Shown one piece after another: positions 37,681 to 51,360 of a DNA stretch of 64,000 nucleotides (positions within the stretch are counted from its first letter, which is position 1; each line of letters begins with the position of its first letter). The stretch spans positions 9,548,001 to 9,612,000 of the forward strand of contig CM059452.1 in the NCBI GenBank assembly GCA_030390025.1, written 5' to 3'. The notes beneath the pieces are model-generated. The model was given only the letters and a program-made list of their open reading frames with translations. It was not told the origin of the DNA and ran no database searches. Both the position numbers and the translations under genes were made by a program. This stretch comes from Squalus acanthias (taxonomy: Eukaryota).

Positions 37681-39774
37681 ATTGAAATAAATTCAATCTT
37701 TATTTCTCCTTCAGATTATGTCTAAGGGTACATGCTCTCTTAAAATTGGACTGAGCAGTAATCTGAGTATTATCAATATTGATAGCAATGATATTACTTG
37801 TTCTGACAGCGCTGACAGTGACTTGTGGGCACAGCAACATCGGCCTCTGCACGATTCATGTTTCAATAAGATCACTGTCGCCACCTGCTGATGAACAACA
37901 TCTACTACAGGCCCCTGAGTTTATTAAACATGATTCATAATTCCGCATTTACCGAGTTACGTTCACCTAGAGGAGTTTCTCAGGCGAACCAGAAGAGGGG
38001 CAATGGATCAGGAGGAATTAAGGGCGGAATGGCTAAAATTACTGTTATAAATTCAACCTCACCTCTTCTTTGGCCAAAACTTATCGAGCGGTCAGTTTAA
38101 GGGTTCCACAGGTGACAGCCGGGGATTCCAGGAAATACTTCAGTGTTTTAACACCGCACACGCTGGTGTATTTAGGGCAAGAGCCGACACATAAACTGCA
38201 GGTGTTAGGTTGCGGGAGACTGTGACATGGTCCAATCTCACGGTGTAGTCCGAAGGAGAAGGATAACAATTCTTCCATCCACAATGTTTCCTCAATGTGT
38301 CATAAACAGACAGATAGACAGAGAGTTGTGTCGATCATTGTGTAACCAGAGCATATTGTAATTATTGACCACAAATTGATATAATCCAGAAAGTACCTGG
38401 AATCCCAAATCCCTTCACTCCTCCACCAGAGTGGGAGTCAAATATACTTTCTGGCAGAGAATTCCACATTCTCACCTCGCTCTGTGTAAATCATGTTTTC
38501 TAACCATAAAATGTATCTTTTGCCGCGTCATATTTACATAGAATATACAGCACAGAAACAGGCCATTCGGGCCAACTAGTCCATGCAAAAAAGACAATTT
38601 CTATCTTGTTTATTTCTGTATCCAATATTAATAAAGCAGTAGGAACACGGGAGGAGGCCATTCAGCCCCCCGAGACTGTTCCGCCATTCAGTCAGATCAT
38701 GGCTGATCTGTATCATAACTCCATCCACCCGCCTTGGTTCTTAACCCTTAATATCCTATCCTACAAACATCGACCCATCAATCTCTGGCAGTAATCAGAA
38801 ATGAATGCCACTGCCTGTTAACACTTTCCAATTCTTATTAATTCCCGAGATGTGGGCACCGCTGACAAGGCCGGGGTTGACTGCCCATCCCTTAGTTGCC
38901 CCTTGAGGAGGTGGTGTGGGGTCTTCTTCTTCAACCGCTGCATTTCTGCTCTTTCCAGCAGTTTCCCCATAACTGAGGGGCCTGCGAGGCCACTTCAAAG
39001 GACAGTTAAGAGTCAACCAGGTTGGTGTGGGACTAAAGTCGTATATAGGTCAGATCAGATGAGGACGGCAAGTTTCTTTCCCCAAAGGGACATTAGTGAA
39101 CCAGTTGGGGTTTTACCACAATCCCATAGTTTCACGATCAGTCTAACTGACACCAGATTATTTATTTCCAGCTTTTAAAAATCTGAATTTAAATGCCATG
39201 GTGGGATTTTAATTGATGAATTATTAGCCCAGGACTCGGGATTGCTAATCCAGTAACATTACCACTACACGACTGCATCCTTTTATGTTTTCTGCCTCGG
39301 CCATTCTATGTGGCAAAGTATTCCAATGCTCCAACAACCCCCTATACCGATATCTCCTGACCTCTCTCTCTCTTATTGACAATTGTAATTTGATGAAGTT
39401 TTGGTTGCAGACACTTCAAGCAGAGGCATCAGTCTTTCCATCTTCCCTCCAGTAAAGCTCTTTTAACAATTAAGAAAAACTCGATTCGATCCCTTAGCCT
39501 TTGAAAAACACGATGAAGGCCGACAGTATTGAGCAATATTATTTGTTTAGTAATATGACGGCCCGGGAAGTACCAATGGGTCCGGAAATCTCTCTCCGTC
39601 CATCTGTCGCTATTTCTGTTAGTTGGCACAGACACAGTTTGTTACTCCTGAGTGTGAGGTATTGAGCGGGAATGGGAACTGTGCACAAACCACATTAATA
39701 ATCCGTCGATTATGGGAGAGCGCCTCTTATACAAGGGATCAATCAACTCGAAGCCATTCGCGGAGAACCACATC

Positions 39775-40195
39775 ACCAATCTTCTTCATAGGTAGTCCCT
39801 CGGATGACTTGCTTCCACACTAAAAATGAGTTCTCAGGTGACTGATGAGTCCAATGCTGGACCTACAGTCTCTGTCACAGGTGGGGCAGACGGTGGTTGA
39901 AGGGGCGGGTGGGTGGGGTGCTTGGGTTGACGTGCGCTCCTTCCGCTGTTTGCGCTTGGCTTCCGCTTGCTCCCGGCGAAGAGAGTCGAGCTATTCGGCG
40001 CCTTCCCGGATGCTTCTCCTCCACTTTGTGCGGTCTTGGGCCAGGGATTCCCAGGTGTCGGTGGGGATATTGCACTTTTTCAAGGAGGTTTTGAGGGTCT
40101 CCTTGAAGCGTTTCCTCTGCCCACCTGGGGCTCTCTTGCCGTGTCGGGGCACCGAGTAGAGCCCTGTTTTGGGAGTCTCGTATCGGGCATGCGGA
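39775..40195 (-). mobile_element. RTE-clade LINE 3' fragment
   Basis: Encodes a GKRAPGGQRKRFKETLK-type motif. Confidence 0.72.
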
Positions 40196-41196
40196 CATCA
40201 CCAATAACACTGCAATATTAACAATTCATTTTAAAGCACTTTGATGCATTAAGAAACGGTTTGAAGCTATATATTTAGACCAGAAAATGACGTGGCTAAG
40301 TAATTTCCAAATATTCTCATAATGCCACCTTATTTCAGTCTTCATATCCCTATACCAGCTCTCCACGAACCTAAGCAAGGAGCACAAAAAGTGCAACCTT
40401 CTGAGAAATAAGAATCTGCTTTACCCCCATGTCATAGAGAACTGAACCTATAACCTTGTCCAAAATTGTCATTCAAATCACCAAATTCAACAACTTCACC
40501 GACTCAGCTCTGTCTGCATGATGTACCATGTCCACTCTAACCATATATCTCCATCACATTGACCCCATCAACCTGAGCACATCTCAGTGATGTATTGACC
40601 TTACCCGCCCAACTGGTGAACAATTCATTCAGTGTATGAATGGACTGAATGGAAAGGCTCTGGGGAGTGCGGTTAAAGGAGATAAGGGCATTTCAATTTG
40701 CGGCCACAATGTCCAAACCCACGGGACATATTTCGCTGTGGCAATGACTTACAATGACTGTGTGGCGCTAAAGAAAGTCACAGTTCATGCTCCTTTTATC
40801 CGTGTGTTCAGAATGGTGTGACTGCACCAGGCTCACAGAGGAGCAAGGATTTAGGTAGGGAAGAAAAATAATTATGTGCCCGTTGATCTGCTATGTTTCC
40901 GAATTGATTGAAGTAATTCGGGTGAGGATATATTGAGCGCTTTGTTGTACATGAAAGGACCACATGTTCCAAAGATTACACTTGTCCCTTCTCAACCCAG
41001 ACATGTGCTCGCTTTTTTCTCTGAGATGAAGATTCCCCATCACCACAGAAGGACCATCGGTACCGTGTGGATACCTTCAGGCTTCTCTTCATGATGTTCA
41101 GCTGGTTAGAAATGTACACTCTATGGAGTGAAATGATACAGAGAATCAGGAAGGACTGGAGGCGCCATACTGACACAAATGTAAAGGGGCTGCCTC

Positions 41197-41412
41197 NNNN
41201 NNNNNNNNNNNNNNNNNNNNNNNNNNNNNNNNNNNNNNNNNNNNNNNNNNNNNNNNNNNNNNNNNNNNNNNNNNNNNNNNNNNNNNNNNNNNNNNNNNNN
41301 NNNNNNNNNNNNNNNNNNNNNNNNNNNNNNNNNNNNNNNNNNNNNNNNNNNNNNNNNNNNNNNNNNNNNNNNNNNNNNNNNNNNNNNNNNNNNNNNNNNN
41401 NNNNNNNNNNNN
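41197..41412. other. Assembly gap (216 N)
   Basis: N run. Confidence 1.
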
Positions 41413-43010
41413 CTCTCTATCTCTCTACCTCTTTATCTATCTGTCTATCTCTCACCTCTTTATGTATGTATGTATGCATGTATCTATCTATCTATCTAAC
41501 TATTACAGGGTTGTGATGTGCTGGACTGACCCTCCAGCTGACTGCTGCTGCTGACAGGTTGTCTGAGACGCTGGATATATTTCCTATCCTGAGAGATGGG
41601 AACCTTACACACAGTTACAAAACTAAATGATTAAAATTGGCTCCAGTACTGTTGCTGGGCAGATTTGTTTATCAATAGGCCTCAATCACAATGTTAAGGG
41701 TTTGAAGTTGGCTTTCAGCCAAGCGGTCAGTAGTGAGGAAACAGATGCTTCCTGTAAATGACATTGGGTGTTCGAGCCTCCATGACGGCAGTCGGCTGGG
41801 CTGCTGCCAAATACTGTGTGGGGCAGATTGGCGTGAATGTGAATTGGGAAACAGGATGGGTTTTAACTATTTGAACGTTAAATTATTCAGCAGCGCTCTT
41901 ACAAGAAAGAAAGATTTTATATGGTATAACATCTAAAGAATGATTTTCGGTAAATTCCTTGCTCACAATATTATAAAATAGGATCAGAAAAATTATAGGA
42001 TCCATATGCTAATTAATTAAATATTCCTAATAAAGATAATTCTGGATAATTCAGTTGGTTTATTCAGCACTGCACGAAGTGCTGGAGAGAGATTTTAATG
42101 CCTCCACACCCACACTGTAATGAGATCAGTGGGAATCGCAAAGTAAATAAAACAATCGGTGGAATTGCCTCGATCCCGCTGCACTTCATTGAATATTCTC
42201 CGAGTTGTGAGCCTGATTGAAACTGAGGGCTCCCTTATTACCGATTAGCAGCCGCGCACTCTGCAGTTTAATTTGTGCTGATTTGAATTCCTAAACAAGC
42301 CCTCTCAGAGCCCGGCTACCAATGGGCAGAGAAATGCCCAGTTTGTGATCTGTTTCAGCGGGAGATTAAGCATTTATTCTTGTGATATTCTGCAACATAC
42401 CGCTATGTTCTGATATATTGTGTTCCTGATACCAGTGTATGTTGCACAGTCGGTCGCTATTAAAGTTTGCTGCAAGGATTTGGATGCCGGGGTTTGCTGA
42501 TCGCGTTATTGGTTCTGATTCACCAGCTTCTCTTTTTCAAAAGTTGGTCTGAAGCGGGCGGACCCCAAATTCTTATGTTTCTCTGTCCGCGCATTCCTTA
42601 TTTATCAGGCAAGCGGACTAATTTTACAGGTAATTTTCAAAGGACTGGGTCACAGACTCAGGGGCAGTTAGAGAAATGCAATCAGAGACATTTGTAAAAT
42701 GTGAGGGCTTTCTACTCATCACCGGCCCCAAATCGTGTAGCTATAGCCATCCACGTTGTGAATAGAATCACATTACCCATCTCCCGCATTCAGATACATA
42801 GATCTGAAGCGATTCATAATATAGCGGATACTTTATTGGTAAAGAGTGAAGGGATAGATAGCGGCAGATGGAGTAACACATACTGGCAGTCTCTTTAGAC
42901 CCTGATAATGTAATTTAATCTGAGAGATTCACATCCCTTGTGAAGGAGTGAGGAAATAAAGGGATTTCATTGACAGTCCAGATGTGAGTCCAGTTGGTGA
43001 TGTGGAGGTT

Positions 43011-43092
43011 GTGACGTGGATCGAGTAGCCGCCTCTATCAGGAAATCAATAGGCGGCGCCTGTAACCTCGCCCCCTTCTACCGGGTATTTAA
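43011..43092 (+). promoter_or_regulatory. VH promoter: CRE-like TGACGT and TATA-like TATTTAA, no octamer seen
   Basis: GTGACGTGG at 43011 and GGGTATTTAAC about 100 bp upstream of the ATG. Confidence 0.5.
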
Positions 43093-43184
43093 CTGCCGGT
43101 CACTGGGACCGCAATACAACAGTCCGGGAGCGGGTTTGCTCAGTGAGTTCTTCCCAGAACCAAGTCCCACACATTGCCAGGAGG

Positions 43185-43662
43185 ATGAGGTCGGCGATTT
43201 CTCTCATTCTGTTGCTGGCTTTCTTATCCCGTGAGTAGTTTTTATTGTCCAAGTCTCTCACTGTTACTGTCTCAGTGTAAGTCTCTCTCTGGAATATTAC
43301 AGAGTCAGGAATCATTTCACCAGGATTAATCCTCGGAGTTTTTGATTGTTTTTACAGGTGTCCAGTCGGATGACGTGTTGACTCAGCCAAAGGCAGAGAC
43401 CAGGAGTCCCGGAGGCTCCCTGAGACTGACCTGTAAAACCAGCGGGTTCAATCTTGGCAGCTATTACATGAACTGGATCCGGCAGGTTCCCGGGCAGGGG
43501 CTGGAGTTCGTGGCTCACTACTACACTTCATCGGACAAAGCCTACGCCCCAGGGATCCAGAGCCGATTTACTGCGTCCAAAGACACTTCAAACAGCATCT
43601 TCGCTTTGGACATGAAGAACCTGAGGACCGAAGACTCCGCCATCTATTACTGTGCAAGAGAC
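43185..43662 (+). CDS. IgM VH (leader 43185-43230, V exon 43358-43662)
   Basis: [59 protein letters not shown]; RSS CACAGCG-23-ACAAGAACA at 43663-43701. Confidence 0.96.
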
Positions 43663-44091
43663 CACAGCGAGAGGAACCAGGGCTGGACCCGTACAAGAAC
43701 AGAACGAGGGGACATTCAACAACTTCCATCATAATCTGACGGTCAGTAATTGTATTAAATGCGATCTGAACAGCATTGTTCAGAACCAGACCATACGCCG
43801 CTTCTTACTGAATTAACACACTGAAAATTCAATGGTAAAAAGCTAGCGCAGTAACCGATGTACTGAGGAGAGGTTTTGGCTGTGCTCATGTTTACTGTTC
43901 ACAGTGTCAGTAATGGCAGAGCTGGACTTAATGCTCGTCTCAATATGATTGATACCTGGAGGGAGTTGGTTGGGACTGTGTTCACTTTCTATTAAGTTGT
44001 GTAAACTGTTGGATAAATTCTAAACCAGATCAGAAGTGAATGTCTATTTGAAGTGAATGTTGAGAGGCGGCACTGCACAGGGAGTGAGTGC

Positions 44092-44119
44092 AGTATTTGT
44101 GTGGGTTCCTCTCACTGTG
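44092..44119 (+). other. 12-RSS upstream of pre-joined DJ
   Basis: AGTATTTGT-GTGGGTTCCTCT-CACTGTG. Confidence 0.9.
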
Positions 44120-44184
44120 GTACTACAGGGGTATACTCCACCTCGACTACTGGGGACAAGGCACCATGGTGACGGTGACTGCAG
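44120..44184 (+). CDS. Germline-joined D(D)JH (YYRGILHLDYWGQGTMVTVTA)
   Basis: D1-like GTACTACAGGGGT, then ATACT, fused in frame to JH with no internal RSS; donor GTAAGA. Confidence 0.9.
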
Positions 44185-47100
44185 GTAAGAAACATTCACT
44201 CTTTCAGGAACTGTTGTATTTGTGACTTTATTTTATATTTCTGTTTATTTCAGTAATTCATTCATTCACTGAAACTTGGGTTCGGTGGATTCTGTACTGA
44301 GATTGTTTGCAATGTTTCATTTGATTCTGCTACAAAGGGTGCATAGAATTAAACTGTTTCTTCAGAAAAATATATTGTTGAGGGATTGAGTCCCTGATTG
44401 ATGTGATTTGGTGTTTATCTTCTGATGGCACTGTGTGCCTGGGTTACTTTAAATACCTAACGATTGTTAAACTGTTTGGCGTTTCTACAATGTTTAATCT
44501 CGGTGACATCTAATGGTTGCAGGTTTTCTGATCAAATGTAAACATTTGCGTGACTAAATGTGTTTGAAATAAGATTGTAGGCAGAAAACAGAAAGCTTTA
44601 GCGGCCAAAAATAATTTTAAGATATTTTGACGTATTTCTATTTGTGATGTTTACATTATCATCTATTAATCTAATGTTCACCAACGGTCATATTAAATAC
44701 GTGAAATGTTACTGCAATTAATAACTAAATAATTAACAAATGTGTTGCCTGAATCAGATTTAAATTAATATAAATTAAATTAATTTAATATAGTAATATC
44801 ACCCAATATTACAACAATATGCGATATCAATAGTCTACTCCCAATTCTGCTGTCATTCTTTTATATTTATGTTTATTTCAATAATTAATTCGTTCAGTGA
44901 TAGATGGGTTCGCTGGATTCTGTATTGAGATTTTTTTGCAATGTTACATTTGATTCTGCTGAAAGGGTTTATAGAATGAAGCTGCTTCTCCACAAAACGT
45001 TCTGTTGCGATATTCAGCCCCTCAGTGATGTGATTTGCTGTTTATCTGCTGAGGAGAGTGTGTGCCTGGGTTACTTTGAATAAATAAAGTTTGTGAAACT
45101 TTGGAGTTTCTGCAATGTTTAATCTCGGTGACATCGAACTGCTGCAGGTTTTCTGATCTGTTTAAAACAGTTTGAAAGATGATTGTAGTCAGAAAACAAG
45201 CAGGTTTTATACTTCAAAAATCATTTCAAAAGAATTTAATGCATGTTTTTATTTAAGTGAGAATTCCAGATTCAACTATTAATCTTTGGTTTACGGCGCT
45301 CACATTTAATAGGTAAATTGTTACTGTAATTATGAATTATATAATTAACAATGTGCAGGTTGAAGGAGAGTTAAATTAATATAACTCAAACGATTAGAAT
45401 GCGGTAATATTGCCCAATATCACTAAATATGCTGTAGTATTAATATTAATGTATTAAACATTATTCGCCTTCCACAATTCTGCTGTGCACTGGTCACAAT
45501 TGACGTGAGCGGAAAATTTTAGAGGCTGGAGACAATTTCTGATTATGTCTGAAATTATTTTAATAACAGCAGACTGATTCCACCGCAGTGTTCAGTTTAA
45601 TGAGGGTTTGCAATTAATTGTTATTTCCCTGTTTCACACAGATGAATGACGGGTTGCATTTAATTATGCATTAAATGCGAGTTGTAAATAGCAGTTTGTA
45701 AATGTAATAAATCTGCCGGGTTATTAAATTCTTACTGTGCAGCGGAAAGCATGTTATTCCTTCAATATTATTTGTTGTTTGATAGCGAGACAATTATCAC
45801 TAAACTAATCTGAAACAGTTTGTAAGATCTCAGGCTGAGCGGTAGAAGTCGCTGGCAGTCAAAGAATTGTTCATATTATTCCATTTAAATTCAAGGAAGG
45901 TGCAGACTGCGTAAGGCTGGAGACACACATTGACATCAAGCAGATTAATTTAATTACAAAAGGTTAATATTAGTTTTGAATTTAATAACAACATCCTGTC
46001 TCCCACAGCTGTGCTGTATACGGGATAGAATTATAAACAGTGAGCAGATTACATCTGAGAGTTATGTTTAATTCTCATTAATGTTAAATTGATCAACAAA
46101 ATCTCTCCTCCATTTGCTCATTAAATTTCAGTGTCGCAGATGGTCTGATTGATTTGTTCTCCGCCAGTTTTACACTGATCATTCTGGACCTTATTTTCAA
46201 TAAATAGCGGAATATATTTAATAATTAATTTACGGGCATTGTGTGAATTACTGGAGTAAAATATAAAAAGATTGTCTGTGTTATTAAATAGCGGAGTCTC
46301 TGTTACTGACTGCAAACTGGCCGGTTGTCTTTTAATTCATAAAAATCGTTTCTATAGTTAAGATTGAGGACAATGCTTAACCTCGAGAGCCCTGCTTTAG
46401 TAAACACATGGTGTCACAGTCCATCGGTAGTTAGTGAGATGCGACCACGGCCAGACTTTGAACTAATTAAAATAGTCCACTCCTAAATCCATCATGTGAA
46501 ATCCACTCTGAAAATGATGGAGTTTATGTTGTATCAGAGAGTTCAGAAACATGCAGAGTTTACAAGTGTGTAGATAGAGAGCGAGAATATATTAGAAGTT
46601 CATGACTATTTTAACTTATTCAAATATGATTTGATTTAAGTAAAAATAATATATTTGTCTGAATGTCTGTATCTATTAATATGATTCTTAATATTTTAAT
46701 ATTGATAAGTACCATGTTAATGTAATGGAAACCTTATTAGTTCACAGGTTACCAGGCAAAAACAGGATTAAAATTAACATTAACTAACTTTATTATAATG
46801 CAGCATAACATCAGCTAACAACAATATTATCTTAGAGTTTAATATCAGTGCGAATTTATTAAACATAAATGACCTCCCACAATTGCGTTGTATACTGAAC
46901 AGAATTACAGTTACTGCAAAATCTCAAGAGTTGGGGAGAATTTTAAATTATGTCTAAAATTAATTTAGAAACAATACATGTCTTACTCAGCTGTGCTCAG
47001 CTCGAGAAGGTGTCGCCGCAGATTTTAATTAATAAACTTCGTATTTTGCCTCGATGATTTTCCAGGTTATATTTAATGATGAAATTATATTAACCCAGTG

Positions 47101-48282
47101 GGTAATCGGTTTTCAATGTAAATGTCTCCTGATTTGTTAAATTCTTGCTCTGTCACGGAGTCCCTGTTATATGCAGCAAATTACCCTGGAATGTGAATTA
47201 TTTCAGTAAACTTGTTTTCAGGGAAACTAAATCTTACTCGGTTTGTAAGATTGTAGACAGGGAGGGAGAAATGGTTGGAAGTCGAAGAGAGTTTTTCAAA
47301 TTAATATCAGAGTAATTTCAAAAAACGTGCAGACTTGAGGTGGTCGTAAATTGACAAGAGATCAATTAGAAATCAGCTTAATTGAAATTGACAGATTGAA
47401 CAGATCTATCTGCTGAGAGCACGATTGTTGCAACGTTTGTGTCTGTTCTGTTTCTGTGCGCCTGCTCACTGTGTGAGAATCAGGAATCCTCCTGACTGAT
47501 TGTAAACCTACTGATTTGTTCTCTTGTGTTTCATGGAATACAATTCGACTCATTTATTTCAGAAGCTCGTATCTGTGAGAAATGCGATCGTTTGACATTA
47601 AGTTTGAGGAGGCGCCTCAGTAACCCAGTTTGTGACATTCAGAAGGAGCATTACAGAAACACGTCTGGCAGACAGTAGAAGGAGCTTTAATCAGTTTCTA
47701 ACCCGTGCCGTACCTGCCCTGGGAGTGTTTGATGGGACAGTGTAGAAGGAGCTTTACTCTGTATCTAACCCGTTCTCTACTTGCCCTGGGAGTGTTTGAT
47801 GGGACAGTGTAGAGGGAGCTTTACTCTGTATCTAACCCGTGCTAGACCTGCCCTGGGAGTGTTTGATGGGACAGTTCAGAGCGAGCTTTACTCTGTAAAA
47901 GGATGTAGGGAGGAGCTCAGTGGACAGAATGTGAAAGAATCTAATGTGAAAGTGTTTGAGGAATGAGGGGTGTGTTCCATAACAGGGGATCAAGAGCTGG
48001 AGGAAGTCCACGATACAATATTCCGGCATTCATTCGGTATAAAGGGGCCTCATGGACAGAATGCCCCTTTCAGACTCCTGACTTTTCTTATGTACAAGAC
48101 TGGAGTTACATGAAGGCGTTTCACGTCGGGTCTCACAACTCACAGAAACTCAAATGCTGATCTAGGTTTTGATCGGCAAATGATGGAATTAGTTCATGCT
48201 GTAGTCACATTTCGAGTTGTTTGGTTATGTTATAAGCACGGATTACAGAGTCTAACTTGTTCAATTGGCCATTCTTTCCCAG

Positions 48283-48582
48283 CGACACAGTCTCCTCCCA
48301 CCCTCTACGCCCTGCTCTCCTCCTGTGAACAACCCAACACCGGCGGCCCCGTCACGTACGGCTGTTTGGCGATGGACTACTTCCCGGAAATCACTAGCCT
48401 TTCCTGGAGTAAAGATAAAGAGCCGATCACCACTGGGTTGAAGACCTACCCGTCAGTGTTAAACAAGAAGGGAACCTACACCCTGAGCAGCCAGTTAACC
48501 ATCACCGAGTCAGAGGTGGGGAGCAGCGCCATCTACTGCCAGGTTCGACGAAGTGATTCGGACTGGAGCGTCCAAATGCCAG
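48283..48582 (+). CDS. IGHM: IgM Cmu1 exon
   Basis: [44 protein letters not shown]; L-chain Cys present; phase-1 splice sites. Confidence 0.95.
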
Positions 48583-48599
48583 GTTAGTGTTGTGGGATA

Positions 48600-49460
48600 C
48601 AGGGGGAAACTGTGAAAAGCAGAGAAGTTATGTTCAACTTCTATACAACATTGCTGAGTCCAGACTTAGAGTACTGTGTACAGGTCTGGTCTCCATATCA
48701 CACTTAGAGTAATGTGCACAGGTCTGGTCTCCATATCACACTTAGAGCACTGTGTACAGGTCTGGTCTCCATATCACACTTAGAGCACTGTGTACAGGTC
48801 TGGTCTCCATATCACACTTAGAGCACTGTGTACAGGTCTGGTTTCCATATCACACTTAGAGTACTGTGTACAGGTCTGGTCTCCATATCACACTTCCAGT
48901 ACTGTGTACAGGTCTGGTTTCCATATCACACTTAGTGTACTGTGTACAGGTCTGGTTTCCATATTATAAGAATGATACAGAGGCGCTGGAGAAGTGGAAA
49001 AAAGATTTACAAGGACGATACCAGAACTGCAAAATTGTAACTGTCAAGAATGATTGAACGGGCTTGGGATCTTTTCTCGAGAAAGAGAAGGCTGAGGGGT
49101 GACCGAATAGAGGTCTTTAAAATTCTGAAGTGTTTTGAAAGGTTAGACGTCGAGAAAGTATTTTTGCTTGAGGAGGATCCCGATAGTCGGGGCCATAAAT
49201 ATAAGATAATCACTAATACATCCAATCGGGAATTCAGGAGAAACTTCGTTACCCAGAGAGTGGGTAGAATGTGGAACTCGCTGCCACATGGAGTAGTTGA
49301 GGTGAACAGCATAGATGCGTTTCAGGGGAATCTAGATAAGTACAGGAGGGAGAAAGGAATAGAAGGTTATGTTGATGGGGAGATGAAGTAGGGAGAGAGG
49401 AGGCTCATGTGGAGCATAAACACCGACCTGTTGGGCCGAATGGCCTGTTTCTGTGTTGTA
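48600..49460 (+). mobile_element. CR1-type fragment with internal 38-bp tandem repeat
   Basis: LEYCVQVW-coding unit repeated; RRLRGDRIEVFKI..MWNSLP. Confidence 0.82.
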
Positions 49461-49541
49461 GATTAAATGTAAAAAGCGCTTTACTGTTCTTAATTGTTTA
49501 GATTGCAACAAATAATCCCAATAAAATGTATTTTCTTGCAG

Positions 49542-49853
49542 ATCGTGTGGTTCATCATCCAACTGTGATCCTCACCCTGAGTTCCAGTGAAGAAATCAGC
49601 AGCAGCAGGTCTGCCATCGCCGTGTGTTCAATCATCGATTTCAGTCCAAAGTCGCTGACCGTGAATTGGCTGAAGAATGGGCAACTCATGGATTCGGGCT
49701 TCGTCACCTCTCCCGTCTTTAAAGTGAACGGGAACTTCTCGGCGACCAGTCGGCTGACATTCACCGCCGGGGAATGGTTCGCCGGATCGGTCTATACCTG
49801 CCAGGTCTCTCATCAAGGGGTCACCCAAAGCCGAAACATCACCAGATCTCCGG
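49542..49853 (+). CDS. IGHM: IgM Cmu2 exon
   Basis: [29 protein letters not shown]. Confidence 0.95.
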
Positions 49854-49911
49854 GTAAGAGACACAACCCCGAGCAGTTCCAGATCATTCTGAGCGCCGCA
49901 CTCAGTCAGGA

Positions 49912-51360
49912 GTCATAGTGTCATAACGGCACAGAAGGAGGCCATTCGGTCCATCGAGTCCATGATGGCTCTCTGCTGAGCAATCCAGTCAGTCCCATTC
50001 CCCCGCTCTGTCCCCGTAGCCCTGCAAGTTTATTTCCCTCAAGTGCCTATCCAGTCTCCCCTTGAAAACATTGAGTGTCTCCGCTTCCACCACTTCCGTT
50101 GGCAACGAATTCCAGGTTATCACCACTCGCTGCGTAAAAAAGTTTTCCTCACGTCCCCCCTGTATCTCTTGCCCAAAACCTTAAATCTGTGTCCTCTAGT
50201 CCTTGTACCATCAAATAGTGGGAAAAGCCTTTCCCCGTCTAGCCTATACAAACCCGTCATAATCTCATCCACTTCTATCAAATCACTCCTCAACCTCCTT
50301 TGCTCTAAGGAAAACAAATCCAGCTTCACCAAACTGTCCTTGTAGCTAAGATCCCACATCCCCGGAACCATTCTCGTAAATCTGCTCTGCACCCTCTCAA
50401 GGTCTTTCACATCCTTCCAAAAATGTGGTTACCAGAACTGGACGCAATACTCTAGTTGTGGCCTAACCAGTGCTTTATAAAGGTTCAGCATAACTTCTCT
50501 ACTTTTGTACTCAATACCTCTATTGTTTTATTGAACTTTTATTGGAATTATTAAAAAGCACACATCTATTTCAAATTTCCAATCATACAGTTCATGTTTC
50601 CTTCCGATGTCAGTGCTGACTCAGGGTTCCTCACGGTTCAGGATTCCATCACTTCGAAAAAGGGTTCCCTCAGCTGTGATGTCAGTCAGTGAGTGAGGTG
50701 TCCTTAGTCTCAGGTTTATCCTGAGTTGGCTGATCATATTCAGAGCGGCAGTAGGTGTCTAGGACCCTTTACTGGTAACTGTCTCGGGACCCACTGCTGG
50801 AAAGGACATCTGCCCTATTTAGAGAACTGCGTTCAATTCTGGACACCGCACATCAGGATGGATATACTGGCTTTAGAGGGTGAAACGCAAATTCACGCGA
50901 ATCATACCGGGGCTGAAAGGGATAAATTATGAGGACAGGTTGCATAGAATAGGCTTGTATTCCTTTGAGTATAGAAGATTAAGAGGAGATCCAATTGAGG
51001 TGTTTAAGTTGATAAATGGAATTGATAGGGGAGATAGAGAGAAACTATTTCCTCTGGTGCGGGAGTCCAGAACAAGGGGCATAACCTTAAAATTAGAACC
51101 GAGCCGTTCAGCGGTGATGTCAGGAAGCACTTCTTCACACAAAGGGCAGTGGAAATCTGGAACTCTCTTCCCCAAATGCTGTTGAGGCTGGGGGTCAATT
51201 GAAAATGTCAAAACTGAGATTGATAGATGTTTGTTAGGCAAGGGTATCAAGGGTTACAGAACCAAGGCGGGTAGATGGTGTTGAGGTGTAGATCAGCCGT
51301 GATCTCATTGAATGGCGGAACAGGCTGGATGGGCTGAATGGCCTGCTCCTGTTCCCATGT
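49912..51360. mobile_element. Two CR1-type fragments (49912-50520 -, 50820-51360 +)
   Basis: LERVQSRFTRMVPG.. and YEDRLHRIGLYS.. Confidence 0.82.

Noticed and set aside
43872-43906. GGTTTTGGC-12-TACTGTT/CACAGTG as a signal joint or vestigial D
   Set aside because: The first heptamer lacks the essential CAC equivalent and the second has no nonamer at 12 or 23
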